DNA of 64,000 nucleotides from Candidatus Bathyarchaeia archaeon (GTDB taxonomy: Archaea > Thermoproteota > CALKCG01 > B24 > JAGTQN01), in NCBI GenBank assembly GCA_038850515.1, contig JAWCLV010000001.1, positions 7,155 through 71,154 on the forward strand, read 5' to 3'. Made by a program: the position numbers and the translations under genes. Each line of letters begins with the position of its first letter. The first letter of the stretch is position 1. Positions 10,399 to 21,349 of the stretch are shown in pieces. The notes beneath the pieces were generated by a model. That model did not search any database and was not told the DNA's origin. It was given only the letters and a program-made list of their open reading frames with translations.

Positions 10399-11400
10399 TT
10401 GGCCAAAGAGTTAAGGATTGGGCTTATTGGATGTGGCAGCCAAGGAAGGACTCTCTCTACAGTGCTAGGAAGGATCGATGGATGTAAGCTTATAGCAGTA
10501 GCAGATGTGAACGAGACTATAGCGAAGCAATTTGCTGAGGAGTTCAAAGTTGAAAACTACTATAGAGACCATTATGAGTTACTGGAAAAGGGGGATGTGG
10601 ATGCTGTACTCGTTGCTGTTCCTCACTTTGCGTTGAAAAACGTGTCCATAGATTGTCTTGAAGCGGGAAAGCCAACTTTTGTTGAAAAACCAATGGCAAA
10701 GAACAGTATTGAAGCAAAGGAGCTGGTTAAAGCCGTTGAGAGAAGTGGAGCAACACTCATGGTTGGATACTGCCAACGATTCTTAGCTTCTAGATCATTG
10801 ATGAAAAGTTTCCTTGATAAAGGTATCGTAGGAGAGGTTTCTTTAGTTCTCGCGATGAAGGGGACTGGCCTGCTCCGCGGATGGTTACTTGAGGAGCCTA
10901 AGGGTGGAGGCATACTAAGGTATCTGGGCGTACATCTCATAGATCAAGTTTTATGGATGATCGGAAGCAGACCTGAGGAAGTGCTTGCCGAGGTAAACGT
11001 TCATCCAACCTTTGGAGTTGACGAAACCGTCTCCTTCATTATTCGATTTAAAAATAGTGTTTTGGCGAGCCTTAGCCTGACAATGCGGGCATCTAAATCG
11101 ATCGACTCTGTAGAAGTCATTGGGTCAGACGGTCATATGAAAAGCGAATGGAGGGATAATTATCTCTTAGTTCATAGCTCAAAAATGATCGAGTATGCAA
11201 ATCCTACAACGATCAGGTTTATGGAAGATCCCACTTATCCTATGTTTGAACGTGAACTTAGGGAGTTCATAGCTTCAGTTATAGAAAACAGAATGCCCTC
11301 CATTAATGTACTTGATGGCTTAAGAGTTCTCGAAGTCGTTGATGCCGTTTTAGAGTCGGCCCAGTTGAAGAGGGCTGTAAAGATTCCGCACTACTCATAA
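10399..11400 (+). CDS. Gfo/Idh/MocA family oxidoreductase
   Basis: IGLIGCGSQG Rossmann motif, FVEKPMA, GGGILRYLGVHLID. Confidence 0.9.
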   Translation: MAKELRIGLIGCGSQGRTLSTVLGRIDGCKLIAVADVNETIAKQFAEEFKVENYYRDHYELLEKGDVDAVLVAVPHFALKNVSIDCLEAGKPTFVEKPMAKNSIEAKELVKAVERSGATLMVGYCQRFLASRSLMKSFLDKGIVGEVSLVLAMKGTGLLRGWLLEEPKGGGILRYLGVHLIDQVLWMIGSRPEEVLAEVNVHPTFGVDETVSFIIRFKNSVLASLSLTMRASKSIDSVEVIGSDGHMKSEWRDNYLLVHSSKMIEYANPTTIRFMEDPTYPMFERELREFIASVIENRMPSINVLDGLRVLEVVDAVLESAQLKRAVKIPHYS

Positions 11401-11568
11401 TTTCAGGGGTTGCTCTGATCGGGGAAGGATGTAGAAAGCCTTAGATAGGCTAATCAGAGACTAAGATGAAGATGAAAATGACCTAATTAGTCATCTAGAA
11501 GCCTTTACATGAATGAATTAAACGTTTAAAGCTTTGAATTACACCCTTATTGAGATCAGTGGATCAGA

Positions 11569-13515
11569 ATGACTACCGAAACAGAAAAGACAGAGACTAT
11601 TACAACGATCAGAGAGCCTGGATCTCCCGATATTAGCTATAGAAATGGATTGACCTTCAGATCTTTTCTAGCCCTCATCTACACAGGCGTAGTATTTCTC
11701 CCTGCGAGCATCTGGATGACATTGGCTTTAGGAAATGCGGACATTATGTGGTGGACTATATCTTATACGACTGTGCTACTTTTCAGCGAAATCACGAGGT
11801 TCTTTGGTACGCCACTTAGTAAACAGGAACTCTTCATTATATGGTCTTGCGCTGCAGTCTCTGGTGCAACCGTATCGGCTACGGGCTTCATCTTTAATCT
11901 TTACTACAGGAATGTAAGTTCGTATACCTTAACTTTTACAGCGCCTGGAACAAACACTCCTTTACGCGAAGTTATTCCTGACTGGTGGGCTCCTCCGCCA
12001 ACCTCTACCGCTATTATAGAAAGAACATTGTTCCATCCCGACTTTCGAGTTCCAATATTCATCTCATACTTCAGTGTCGCCTTTGGCCTCTTATGTGATA
12101 TAGGTCTAGGGCTTTTGACATACAATCTCTATGTAAAAATCGAGAAATTGCAATTCCCACTGCAGAGGGTTTCTGGGGAAATGGTTGTCACTGTAGCAAC
12201 GAGGGAGTCTAGGAAGATGAGCGTCATGGTCATCGCTGCCGTCATAGGCCTGGCTTACGGCACCTTGGCCTTCGGATTGCCATTTGCCACAAACTTTGCT
12301 ATGGCTCCAATTCCGATACCTTGGGCCGAGATCCCCATAGATGCGATCGTGCCTGGAGCAACCCTTGGCTTTGCAACAGACCTTTTTGTGTTTGCGACAG
12401 GCTTCATAATACCTTTCAATGTGGTTGTATCGATCTTCATAGGTTCATTAGGTCCTTATGTTATCGGAAATCCTATACTCGTATACCTTTTCCCACCAGC
12501 ACCTGGAAGGTTGGGAGGCCTTTTTGGTTACGCCTCGGGTATGCGGATTAGAGATATTTGGAACATGTCGATGCTCCGAATTTGGGCAAGCCCGAACATC
12601 GGAGTAAGCTTAGCAGCAGGATTGATACCATTAGCACTTAACTGGAAAAGAGTTTGGGGCATTCTTACAAGGTCTTTAAGGGCTTTGATGGGGGGTGGAA
12701 AGGGAGCTAGGTTATCGCTTCTCCCTATCGTTCTATGGCTTGTAGGAGTTATACCTCTCACGGCAATCCCCATCATTCTTGTGCCAGGCTTCCCGGCATG
12801 GATTTTAATCCTTCTCGGGCTTGGAATGCCTCTTTTAAGCTCCATCATAGCGGGAAGGGGGATTGGCGAAACTGGATACGCGATTAGCATCCCGTATGTG
12901 CGTGAAGGGGCTTACCTTGCAAGCGGATATCAAGGAATAGACATTTGGTATACAAGCCCACCTTTAGGAGGTGGTGGAGCAGGAATTTGCGCAAACTTGG
13001 CGGTATGCGATATGACTGAAACGAGTCACAGGAGTTGGATACTTGCATACATAATAGCGATGGCCTTAGCTTTGTTGTTAGGTTTTCTCTATGTCGAGGC
13101 CTTTTGGAGGATTTCGCCGATCCCCTCCTCATCTTATCCTGCCACAGTCATCTTCTGGCCCATACAAGTCCTGAATAGCGTCATCTGGGTTTCAAGATCG
13201 CAGATATCGTGGGTTCCTGAGAACATCATTTTCGCATTCGTGATATCGAGTGCTGCGACCATTACTTGTCACTTCCTTAAGTTCCCATTCTCAATCATAG
13301 GTTTCGCCGCTGGATTTAGTCAACCTATACCTCAACCCCTATCTCTCTTAGTTGGTGGCATCATCAATCTCTTCCTGACTAGAAAGATAGGAAAAGGTTG
13401 GACTGACTACAAGATTATCGCGATTGCTGGATTGGCGCTTGGCGAAGGCGTAGCAGCAGCCATCGGCTCTATTATTGCCCTAATAAGAAATGCTGCCTGG
13501 TCCCTTCCCTATTAA
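11569..13515 (+). CDS. OPT-like peptide transporter (multi-pass membrane protein)
   Basis: GLTFRS start, LSKQELF, IPDWWAP, EKLQFPL, FWRISPIPSSSYP; hydrophobic throughout. Confidence 0.75.
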   Translation: MTTETEKTETITTIREPGSPDISYRNGLTFRSFLALIYTGVVFLPASIWMTLALGNADIMWWTISYTTVLLFSEITRFFGTPLSKQELFIIWSCAAVSGATVSATGFIFNLYYRNVSSYTLTFTAPGTNTPLREVIPDWWAPPPTSTAIIERTLFHPDFRVPIFISYFSVAFGLLCDIGLGLLTYNLYVKIEKLQFPLQRVSGEMVVTVATRESRKMSVMVIAAVIGLAYGTLAFGLPFATNFAMAPIPIPWAEIPIDAIVPGATLGFATDLFVFATGFIIPFNVVVSIFIGSLGPYVIGNPILVYLFPPAPGRLGGLFGYASGMRIRDIWNMSMLRIWASPNIGVSLAAGLIPLALNWKRVWGILTRSLRALMGGGKGARLSLLPIVLWLVGVIPLTAIPIILVPGFPAWILILLGLGMPLLSSIIAGRGIGETGYAISIPYVREGAYLASGYQGIDIWYTSPPLGGGGAGICANLAVCDMTETSHRSWILAYIIAMALALLLGFLYVEAFWRISPIPSSSYPATVIFWPIQVLNSVIWVSRSQISWVPENIIFAFVISSAATITCHFLKFPFSIIGFAAGFSQPIPQPLSLLVGGIINLFLTRKIGKGWTDYKIIAIAGLALGEGVAAAIGSIIALIRNAAWSLPY

Positions 13516-13664
13516 TATGGCTTGTAATTCCAATAGCATTAAATTATGGAAAGTTTTCATTCCTACAGACAAAGATTTATTCCTCATGTGACAATAGGGT
13601 AATGTGTCTCATTTTTAACATAAAAGAAATAAATTGCATTTTGAAATAGGGGGATAAGATTAAG

Positions 13665-15674
13665 ATGAATGCTTCAATGGACTTTGCTTTTCCAGTCTCA
13701 GAAAAACAGAAGGAACTGGAGAAAAAATTTTGTCATGTTGTAGACTTTAAAAAAGCTTACGATTGGACCGTGGAGATGTGTAAAGTAGGGCCCAAGGGTG
13801 TAAACCAGCTCATGGGAATGCCCGAAAACATAAAGAAAGCCGAATACATCGCCAAACGGTTGAAGGAATGCGGGCTTCATACCGAAGTACAAAGCTTCGA
13901 ATGTGAACGTCACGATGTATTAGAATGCTCGCTTACCATCATATCACCAAAGAAAGTTGACATTCCATGCACACCGATGATTTATGGAAATGCCACAAAA
14001 CCAGAGGGGGTTTCTGGAAGTCTCCTGTATGTCGGAAGAGGTTGGGAAGAGGACTATAAGAAATTGGAGAGGAGAGGTATAGAGGTAAAGGGAAAGATCG
14101 TTCTTATGGACGGTTTTTGGGCGAGATCCAGGCTTATTCTGGCTAGGATCCATGGTGCTGTTGGAGCAATAGTGGCTACAAGGCTTAACTACAGCTATTT
14201 TGAAGGCCCAGCGGGTGGCTGGCATAGGCCTATACGCATGCTTCCAAAGGGTTCTACCTATGCATGGCTCGAGCATCAAGAAGATTATATGTTCTATAAG
14301 TTCCCTGAAGAGAGTTTACCCATGATACCAGCTGTGACGGTTCAAAGGAAGGATGGTGCCTATCTCCGAAGTCTATGCCGAAGAGAGGACGCGAAGGTCT
14401 TAATCAAGGTCATTAAGAATGTTGAAAGGAAACAAGCATTTAACGTTGTCGCCACAATCCCTGGTTCCGAGTTTCCAGATGAAGTAGTAATGGTGGGGGC
14501 GCATTATGATTCGTTCGGTAGAGGTGTTCTCGACAATTCGAGTGGGTGTGGGGTTATCCTTGGTGTTGCGCATGCCTTCGGAGAACTTATGAAAGAGGGT
14601 ATTAGACCTCGCAGAACTTTAAAATTCTGCTTCTGGACAGGAGAAGAAGAAGGATGCGTCGGCTCTTATGCCTATTTGGATGAACATGAATCTATCAAGA
14701 ATAAGATCGTAGCCTATATTGATGTCGATGGAGGAGTTTTCGGTAAAGACCTTATCACGGGTGGATGGGGTTCTCCAGAACTCGGATCGCTTAGCAAATA
14801 CGTAGCTGCTTCTGTCGTTCCAGGGCTTAAGGCTGGAGGTTATGGTCTTGTACGAGGTGCAGGATTTGATATGATCGTGTTCTTCATCGATGGCTGCATT
14901 CCAGTAACGAGCCCAGTTGTAACTCGCGGTGGGAAGGATTGGGTGGGTAAAAGGTTAACTCCTTACCTCGTTAAGTCTAACCCTTACCATGGACCCGCTG
15001 ATGAGCCTGAACCTGAGAGACTCCTTAGACCTGATCGGTTTAAGGAACCGATTGAAGGGCTTGGAGTAATGCTTCTCACTCTATCTGAGTCTGATGTTCT
15101 TCCTCTAGACTACAAATGCTATGCTAGAATGCTTATGGAAGGAAAGGAAGGCCTTCGTGACCTTGCAAAGAAAGCATCTAAGTTTGGCATAAACTTAGCC
15201 GGAGCTTTAAAAGAGCTCGAAAAGATGGAGATCGAAGCCGAGAAATTGAATAGGGTTTTAACCCTAAGCTTATGTGCCTATCTGAAGGCGACTGGTCAGG
15301 GACCTTGGGAAGGAAACCTAGACGATAGACTTCTTCGAGAAGTTTCAAGACTTCCTAAAGAACTTCCTAATGAGAAAACGGAGGCACTGAGGAGATATTT
15401 CAGATTGGCTAACCTTATTCGACGTCTTGTGATAACTCCTGAACTAAAGGCAACCTGCTTTTGTATAGACGGTGCATACCTCTATACATTGCCTTGGATT
15501 CAACCTGTACGATATTCTAGGGCATTGAGGTCCCATCCAGAGAAGTTGCATAGGATCGAGATCGAGGCTCAAGTTCTTGAACAGACTTTCCGGAGAATTA
15601 ACACAATCATGGAAGACCTCTCGATGATAGGTGAGAGACTTATCTATGAAATTCTCCCGAATAATGGTGACTAA
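13665..15674 (+). CDS. M28 family metallopeptidase with PA domain
   Basis: PA domain (YVGRG..EDY...VKGKIVL); intact metal and catalytic motifs AHYDS, DNSSG, GEEEG, DVD, YHGPAD. Confidence 0.85.
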   Translation: MNASMDFAFPVSEKQKELEKKFCHVVDFKKAYDWTVEMCKVGPKGVNQLMGMPENIKKAEYIAKRLKECGLHTEVQSFECERHDVLECSLTIISPKKVDIPCTPMIYGNATKPEGVSGSLLYVGRGWEEDYKKLERRGIEVKGKIVLMDGFWARSRLILARIHGAVGAIVATRLNYSYFEGPAGGWHRPIRMLPKGSTYAWLEHQEDYMFYKFPEESLPMIPAVTVQRKDGAYLRSLCRREDAKVLIKVIKNVERKQAFNVVATIPGSEFPDEVVMVGAHYDSFGRGVLDNSSGCGVILGVAHAFGELMKEGIRPRRTLKFCFWTGEEEGCVGSYAYLDEHESIKNKIVAYIDVDGGVFGKDLITGGWGSPELGSLSKYVAASVVPGLKAGGYGLVRGAGFDMIVFFIDGCIPVTSPVVTRGGKDWVGKRLTPYLVKSNPYHGPADEPEPERLLRPDRFKEPIEGLGVMLLTLSESDVLPLDYKCYARMLMEGKEGLRDLAKKASKFGINLAGALKELEKMEIEAEKLNRVLTLSLCAYLKATGQGPWEGNLDDRLLREVSRLPKELPNEKTEALRRYFRLANLIRRLVITPELKATCFCIDGAYLYTLPWIQPVRYSRALRSHPEKLHRIEIEAQVLEQTFRRINTIMEDLSMIGERLIYEILPNNGD

Positions 15675-15736
15675 TTTGGCCCAGTTTAAATTATTCTATA
15701 ATCTATTTTACTCGATTAATACCAAATAAGGAACCT

Positions 15737-18700
15737 TTACAATTTAGCCTCCATATACCGTTTCTTCTCATGATCCCTGAGACTTCGCCATATTAGAAGT
15801 TGCCTTCGGACTTCACTTATGAAGGATTTATTAAGGTGCTGCCAACTCGATTGTTCTCCTGTGAGCCTTTTAAGGAATAGGGTGTAACTCGCCCTACCCT
15901 CAGTTATAGATGCATTAAAGATAACACGTTGAGATATCCCCCGCGGATAAGGTTCTATCGCTACGGTCGCTATTAGAGACTTAACGGTAATGTTATTCGT
16001 AGCTCTCTCCTCTATGGAGAGATTCTGAGCGAAAAAGACTGGCGACTCATCTCTGATCATATGTCCCTCATAAAATTCCTTCATAAATGCTATTATCCCT
16101 TTTGCCTCATCCTCGCTGGAGACAAAGGGCAAGGGAATTTCCCAAGTATCTCCTTTAGGCTTAGTCGGGACCTTCCACTTTCTTTCAAGAGAAGGTGTTA
16201 CTAACCTTGCGCATTTATAAATTGGATAGATGGCTGAGGAGGTCGTTAACCCCATAGAGAGCAGTACTACGGCTACTACCATGATTGAAGAATAATTCAC
16301 GGCTACTCCATAGAATCTATACGCTCCGGAGGCGATGATGATGCCAAAGAGGTATCCTAAGGTCCCTCCTAAAATAGCATATATGCCTGCCTCCGTAAGG
16401 AATATACTTCCGACATGCAAGGGAGATAGACCAACAGAGGCAAAGGTGGATATTTCCCTCCTCCTCTCTATTACGTTGCCTAACATGATGTTGAAAAGGC
16501 TAAGGACTCCTATTATAGAGGGGAGTATTATGAAAGTTAGTCCACTTACTTCCCTTGAGACTCCGTGAGCAAACAAGTAAACTCTTTCTCCAGTAGAGGC
16601 ATAGACATCGAAGTCATAGTAGAGAGTTATAGATTCTGCTAACTCCTTAACTTTGACGGGATTCTCGATATCCAAAGCCACTTGGGTAATAAAGGGCCCC
16701 CAAGTAGCTAAGCGCCTCATCACAGCGTTAAAGGGCATGAGAAGAACCTCATAGCCTCGAAGGGGCTGTCGCTTTCTCCAATCAGAGGGATCGAAGGGCA
16801 TAATGGGTCTCCCATCAAGTTCCTTTATACTTTCTAGGAGTTTTGCATCAAAGATTCCACAAACTCTCATCTGAATACCATTAACTCTAATCAGGGTTGA
16901 AGATGGATCGGACATACTGATGTTCAGGTAATCGGCATAGTCTTTACTTATGAGAACAAATAATTCATCCTCTGATGGGAACCAGACCCCATCTAGAAGT
17001 ATCTGCTCTATCCTCTGTATATCTCCTTGGTAAGCTATATTCAATTCATTCTCAGAAATTCCAAGGATTGCAGCCGCCGTACGCCATGAGTCTCCAGAAG
17101 AGATATTCAGAAGTCCCCTCGCATATGGATCATTAAAATCGCCAGGCATATTCCCCGTATGGATGTTGTATAACCATGCCCTAGGGGCTATCGATACCCC
17201 CTCACTATAGACGCGCCTAATTCCCTCTAATAATTCTTCCGAAATAGGCTGAATACCCCTGAAAGGATCTATCCAAGCTGCTACGAGTAGGCCGACCCGA
17301 GTAGGCTCTCCTCCCGTGGGAAGTTGCAGTGTTATGCTGTGTACAGACATAGAAGTCATCGAAACCAAAGCGAGGGCGATCATTAAGATTGATGTGAAGG
17401 TTAGGGTCGTCCTAAGCCTCCGCTTTCTCATCTGCTGGACTCCGTAGGATAGCGAGAGTAAAATGGCCCCCGTTCTGCTTATCTCCGCGAAATGAAGCCC
17501 TACAACTGCTCTCCGCCATTCCAAGATTCTTGACTGAGCGTGACCGCCCAGAATTGGTACGAGGGGTAATGTAAGAGCCATCGTAACGAAGCCTATCAGG
17601 ACAATTAACATATTTGCACCTAGATGGAAGCCTGCATGAAAAAGAGCGAACGTGCCTATTGCCATAATAAAGATCATAATGATGCCTAGAAGCCTCCTAG
17701 GACCGTTCCACGAAAGGAAAAGCCTTTCAGCTAGGAAAACGAAAGGGACAAGGAGAGCGAAGAAGAACATCGTTGAGCTAATCGTCTCGTTATATAAACT
17801 CAGAATTCTGGCGTAGGCTCTGGTCTCAACTCCTAAAGCCCGCTGAGCATTCGTAAGGGCGAGTCCATACGACCTGTTCTCAAAAGCGTCCCGAGAAGCA
17901 TCCAAGATCAATTTAGCTACGTCATGAAGCTGGTTTGCGGCGGGTTCAAAAACATTAAATTGGAGGAATGTGTTGATTCTTTCGTTATTCAGTAACCACA
18001 TATCTTCAGCATTCTTAAGCAAAGCATTCGTCACGAGAAGTTGTCTTCCGTATTTGACCTCGTACCCATTACCTTGGGGTCGTATCCTTGATGAGTTCAA
18101 AATAATTGCGGATGGTATAGGCACATCAGCTTGAAAGGCGATCGCCTCAACCCTTGTCCCAGGTTCTAAGAAGGCAACCACGATGGGACTTGCTTCCCGA
18201 GGGAAGAAACTGTAATGGGCGGGCGTAGAGTGGGTATTGAAGTCCATAATTCGGAAGACGCTTGAGGCAAAACCGGTTCTGGGTGCTAATAAGTCGAAGA
18301 AAGCAACAGAACCGCACTTAAAAATAGTAAAATACTGCGGATATTCTTGAGTGCCGATAATGCCCCCCCTCCATATCGTTATCTGTACATCATTTCCGAA
18401 ACTGTATATTCCAAAATCCGGAGCGTATTCGATAGTACCGTTTTCGTCCAGATAGAAGGGATATATTCCATAGTTTGTGCCGAATGCTGTTATCCCCACG
18501 ACAGTGAATAGGCCATCCTCATCGGTTGTAAGGATATACCTATAAAGGCCTGGCCCCTGAATAGCTACTAGAGCTTTTGAAACTCCCTCGTATTGGTTGA
18601 TTGAGGGATTAAAAGTTACAACTCTTCCGAATAATTTTCCGTAGTTAGCCCCATAAAGACGCCCACCAATACGCGTGACCTCTGTAGAGAGTTCCTTGAG

Positions 18701-20197
18701 TTGGGGCTCCGCCTGTAGCATGTAAATTGCGGAAAATATGGTTTCAATTTGGGGTTGGAGATTATTCCATAGCAACCGATCATATGTATCGAATGGAGTC
18801 GAGTAGTACTTTCGTTCACTATAAGCTGTATAGAAGGAGAATCCATTCGCCCCTGCCGCTAAGTAAGGCTCACTATCCATAACTATGTGATTGGGCTCGG
18901 GGGCTCTAGAGCCTGGGTAGTATGGGTCAAGATCTATCCTGAAAGCTCTGTCATATACAGTCTTCCAAGCATCTATTATCTGAGGTGTGTAAACATCCTT
19001 AAACCTATCATAGATCCATCGAACTGCTTGGAAAGCAGGGCCTCGAGTACCATAGCCTAGTGCGCATACATCTCCTGCTCCCAGGTTAACTACCCAGTCA
19101 TTGTCTGTGGCTAGGTCAAGATTTATCAGGATTGGGAAGTAGGTCATATCCATTAAGCCCACTTTACTCTGCCATCTTCTCTCGAAGAGAAATAGTTCCG
19201 TAAACTCCCTTGCCCCTAACAAAGCTTGGTTATGCCCAGCGAAGGCTACAAACATTATGGTTCTATCAGGTCCCCGTTCCCTTTTACTATACTCCGAAAA
19301 GAAACGTGCTAATTCGAGGAGCGTTGAGATGCCTAGAGATTCTTGTGCACCTGGTGCAAAACTTGGAGTAATAGAGTAAGAATCATAGTAAGCTGTAAGT
19401 ATGAGGGACTGTTCAGGCATTTTCTTGCCATAGATGAATCCAATTACATTCTTTGCCGTTCTTTGCTCAAAGCGCATATTATAAAGAACCCTAACAGTTT
19501 CGTTTATAGCCTCTTTGAGCATAGAACCGTCAGGCTCGGGGACGAAGATTCTAGGGAAATCTAATGGAATCCAGAGGCTCTTCTTAATAGCATCATACCT
19601 ATCACCTTCTCCTATAAAGACTACGGCCTTCGCACCTAATTTAGCTGCGTTAATCCAATTGTCCTTACTTCCAGAGAAATCCATGAGTACGATACTATCT
19701 TCAATTTCTTTTTTGCTCATCTCTTCCAAGTAACCTTTGCCAACATAAACGAGCTTGCCAGTTAATCCCTCATGAGATCTTAGACTAAGTTGAACCATGT
19801 TTGGCTCGAGGGTGTAGGCTTTGAGGACCCACTTCTCTTTTCCATCATGACCGAGTAAAGAAATGCTCGCACCATAGTCGATGGGTACTGTCACGTTAAA
19901 TTCATGGAATTCTACATCCACTAAACCTAAATTCTGAAAATATTGTCGAATATACTCTGCTGCAGCATCACATCCAGAATAACCTGAATATCTCGATTCT
20001 AAACTAGAAAAATATTTGGTATGGAGCATAATTTTAGAAATATTAATATTTCTAATGACCTCTACGATTTCATTTTTTCCTACAATATTGCTATTTGATG
20101 CGTGTATAGGTCGATTTAGGAATACTAAGCTCCACAGGAATACAAATGTTAATAAAAAAATTAAAGAATGAATGATCAACTTCCTTGCTGGAAACAT
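15737..20197 (-). CDS. M28/PA peptidase-fold - FtsX-like (MacB-type) permease fusion, 1486 aa
   Basis: N-terminal signal/anchor, SRYSGYSG, PA domain, M28-like AYYDS/GAQESLG/DRTIMFVAFAGH, TM block, RRLRTTLT, extracellular loop, FtsX-like ERRREISTFASVGLSPLHVGSIFLTEA. Confidence 0.8.
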   Translation of the reverse strand: MFPARKLIIHSLIFLLTFVFLWSLVFLNRPIHASNSNIVGKNEIVEVIRNINISKIMLHTKYFSSLESRYSGYSGCDAAAEYIRQYFQNLGLVDVEFHEFNVTVPIDYGASISLLGHDGKEKWVLKAYTLEPNMVQLSLRSHEGLTGKLVYVGKGYLEEMSKKEIEDSIVLMDFSGSKDNWINAAKLGAKAVVFIGEGDRYDAIKKSLWIPLDFPRIFVPEPDGSMLKEAINETVRVLYNMRFEQRTAKNVIGFIYGKKMPEQSLILTAYYDSYSITPSFAPGAQESLGISTLLELARFFSEYSKRERGPDRTIMFVAFAGHNQALLGAREFTELFLFERRWQSKVGLMDMTYFPILINLDLATDNDWVVNLGAGDVCALGYGTRGPAFQAVRWIYDRFKDVYTPQIIDAWKTVYDRAFRIDLDPYYPGSRAPEPNHIVMDSEPYLAAGANGFSFYTAYSERKYYSTPFDTYDRLLWNNLQPQIETIFSAIYMLQAEPQLKELSTEVTRIGGRLYGANYGKLFGRVVTFNPSINQYEGVSKALVAIQGPGLYRYILTTDEDGLFTVVGITAFGTNYGIYPFYLDENGTIEYAPDFGIYSFGNDVQITIWRGGIIGTQEYPQYFTIFKCGSVAFFDLLAPRTGFASSVFRIMDFNTHSTPAHYSFFPREASPIVVAFLEPGTRVEAIAFQADVPIPSAIILNSSRIRPQGNGYEVKYGRQLLVTNALLKNAEDMWLLNNERINTFLQFNVFEPAANQLHDVAKLILDASRDAFENRSYGLALTNAQRALGVETRAYARILSLYNETISSTMFFFALLVPFVFLAERLFLSWNGPRRLLGIIMIFIMAIGTFALFHAGFHLGANMLIVLIGFVTMALTLPLVPILGGHAQSRILEWRRAVVGLHFAEISRTGAILLSLSYGVQQMRKRRLRTTLTFTSILMIALALVSMTSMSVHSITLQLPTGGEPTRVGLLVAAWIDPFRGIQPISEELLEGIRRVYSEGVSIAPRAWLYNIHTGNMPGDFNDPYARGLLNISSGDSWRTAAAILGISENELNIAYQGDIQRIEQILLDGVWFPSEDELFVLISKDYADYLNISMSDPSSTLIRVNGIQMRVCGIFDAKLLESIKELDGRPIMPFDPSDWRKRQPLRGYEVLLMPFNAVMRRLATWGPFITQVALDIENPVKVKELAESITLYYDFDVYASTGERVYLFAHGVSREVSGLTFIILPSIIGVLSLFNIMLGNVIERRREISTFASVGLSPLHVGSIFLTEAGIYAILGGTLGYLFGIIIASGAYRFYGVAVNYSSIMVVAVVLLSMGLTTSSAIYPIYKCARLVTPSLERKWKVPTKPKGDTWEIPLPFVSSEDEAKGIIAFMKEFYEGHMIRDESPVFFAQNLSIEERATNNITVKSLIATVAIEPYPRGISQRVIFNASITEGRASYTLFLKRLTGEQSSWQHLNKSFISEVRRQLLIWRSLRDHEKKRYMEAKL

Positions 20198-20464
20198 CCC
20201 GAAACCCCACGCGAAAAAGTGACTATATGAATTATCAAGATTAATGTCCCATATTAATTTATTTAAATTTTTAATGTCTTCCTCCTCTTTATCCTACACC
20301 GCATCCACCATTCCCGTTCAAACTAAAGTTAAGGCATTAGGTTAAGGTTTCTCGATAACCGTATCGGCCTGTCCCCTTTCCTAAAGTGGGGACTTGAAAG
20401 CCTTTTTCAATTCCTCTCCTCTTCTTCTCATCCTTATTTAGCCCCTCCTCAGAAAAAAGGTTTC

Positions 20465-21349
20465 ATGGAAGAATCGAGACCAAGGGTTAGAATAAGGCCG
20501 ATGAGGCTTGAGGATATTATCTCCGTTGTTAGGATTGCCAACCAGTCCTTCCTGGAGACTGCTAGGCTTACGAAGCTTATGGGCCAGAGGTTTGCCCATT
20601 ATATGAGACAATGGCCCGATTGGCTTTTCGTGGCTGAGACTTTCGAAGGAAGGGTTGTGGGCTTCATCTTCGGAAGCCCTGAGGGCGAAGCCCATGCCTC
20701 AATCCATTGGATAGCGGTCCATCCTGAGTTTCAAGGGATGGGAATAGGAGGTATGCTTTTAAAAGCCATAGAGGAAAAGGCTATGGGCTTAGGTCTTAAG
20801 GCCATCCTTACTGGTACGCCCTTCGCCCTTCGCTTCTACGAAAAGTATGGTTTCAAATGCGTAGGCATTCGAAGGCGCCTCGTTCTAGAACTCGTTGGAA
20901 AAAGCCTGGAGCCTCCTGAAGGCTTGGAAAGCTGTCCTATAGCCTTGGAGGGACTTAGGGACTTTATCCCTCTTATGAATCGCGAAGAATACTTACGCTT
21001 CCTATCAGCCTACTTCAGCGTCTACGAATCGGATCCCGATAAGGCATTAGCCGCGCTTGCGGATAACCGGATCGTAGGTATCCTCATCGGTCGGAGGAAC
21101 GAGGTCTATCCCGATCTTGTTACGCTAGACTATATTTTTGTTAAGGATTCGGCGTATGCCTATAGTATGCTTAAGCTCTTCGCCTATAGAGCCTCTACGG
21201 GCGGTTATAGATGGGTCGGGGTGGAGCTTCCAATTCCCTACTTGGAAGAGGGGGAACTCCTTAAGGAGGGCTGGCAGGATGCCCGGCTACCGTCCTTTTG
21301 GACAGGCTATCAGCTACGAAAGGATCTTCATCTTCAGGATCAGGAATGA
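20465..21349 (+). CDS. GNAT family N-acetyltransferase (probably tandem domains)
   Basis: IAVHPEFQGMGIG acetyl-CoA motif, ALRFYEKYGF; second degenerate GNAT-like domain. Confidence 0.85.
   Translation: MEESRPRVRIRPMRLEDIISVVRIANQSFLETARLTKLMGQRFAHYMRQWPDWLFVAETFEGRVVGFIFGSPEGEAHASIHWIAVHPEFQGMGIGGMLLKAIEEKAMGLGLKAILTGTPFALRFYEKYGFKCVGIRRRLVLELVGKSLEPPEGLESCPIALEGLRDFIPLMNREEYLRFLSAYFSVYESDPDKALAALADNRIVGILIGRRNEVYPDLVTLDYIFVKDSAYAYSMLKLFAYRASTGGYRWVGVELPIPYLEEGELLKEGWQDARLPSFWTGYQLRKDLHLQDQE

Noticed and set aside
20371..20400. GTCCCC...GGGGAC-TTGAAAG resembles an archaeal CRISPR repeat
   Set aside because: Single copy, no spacers, no cas genes in the window.
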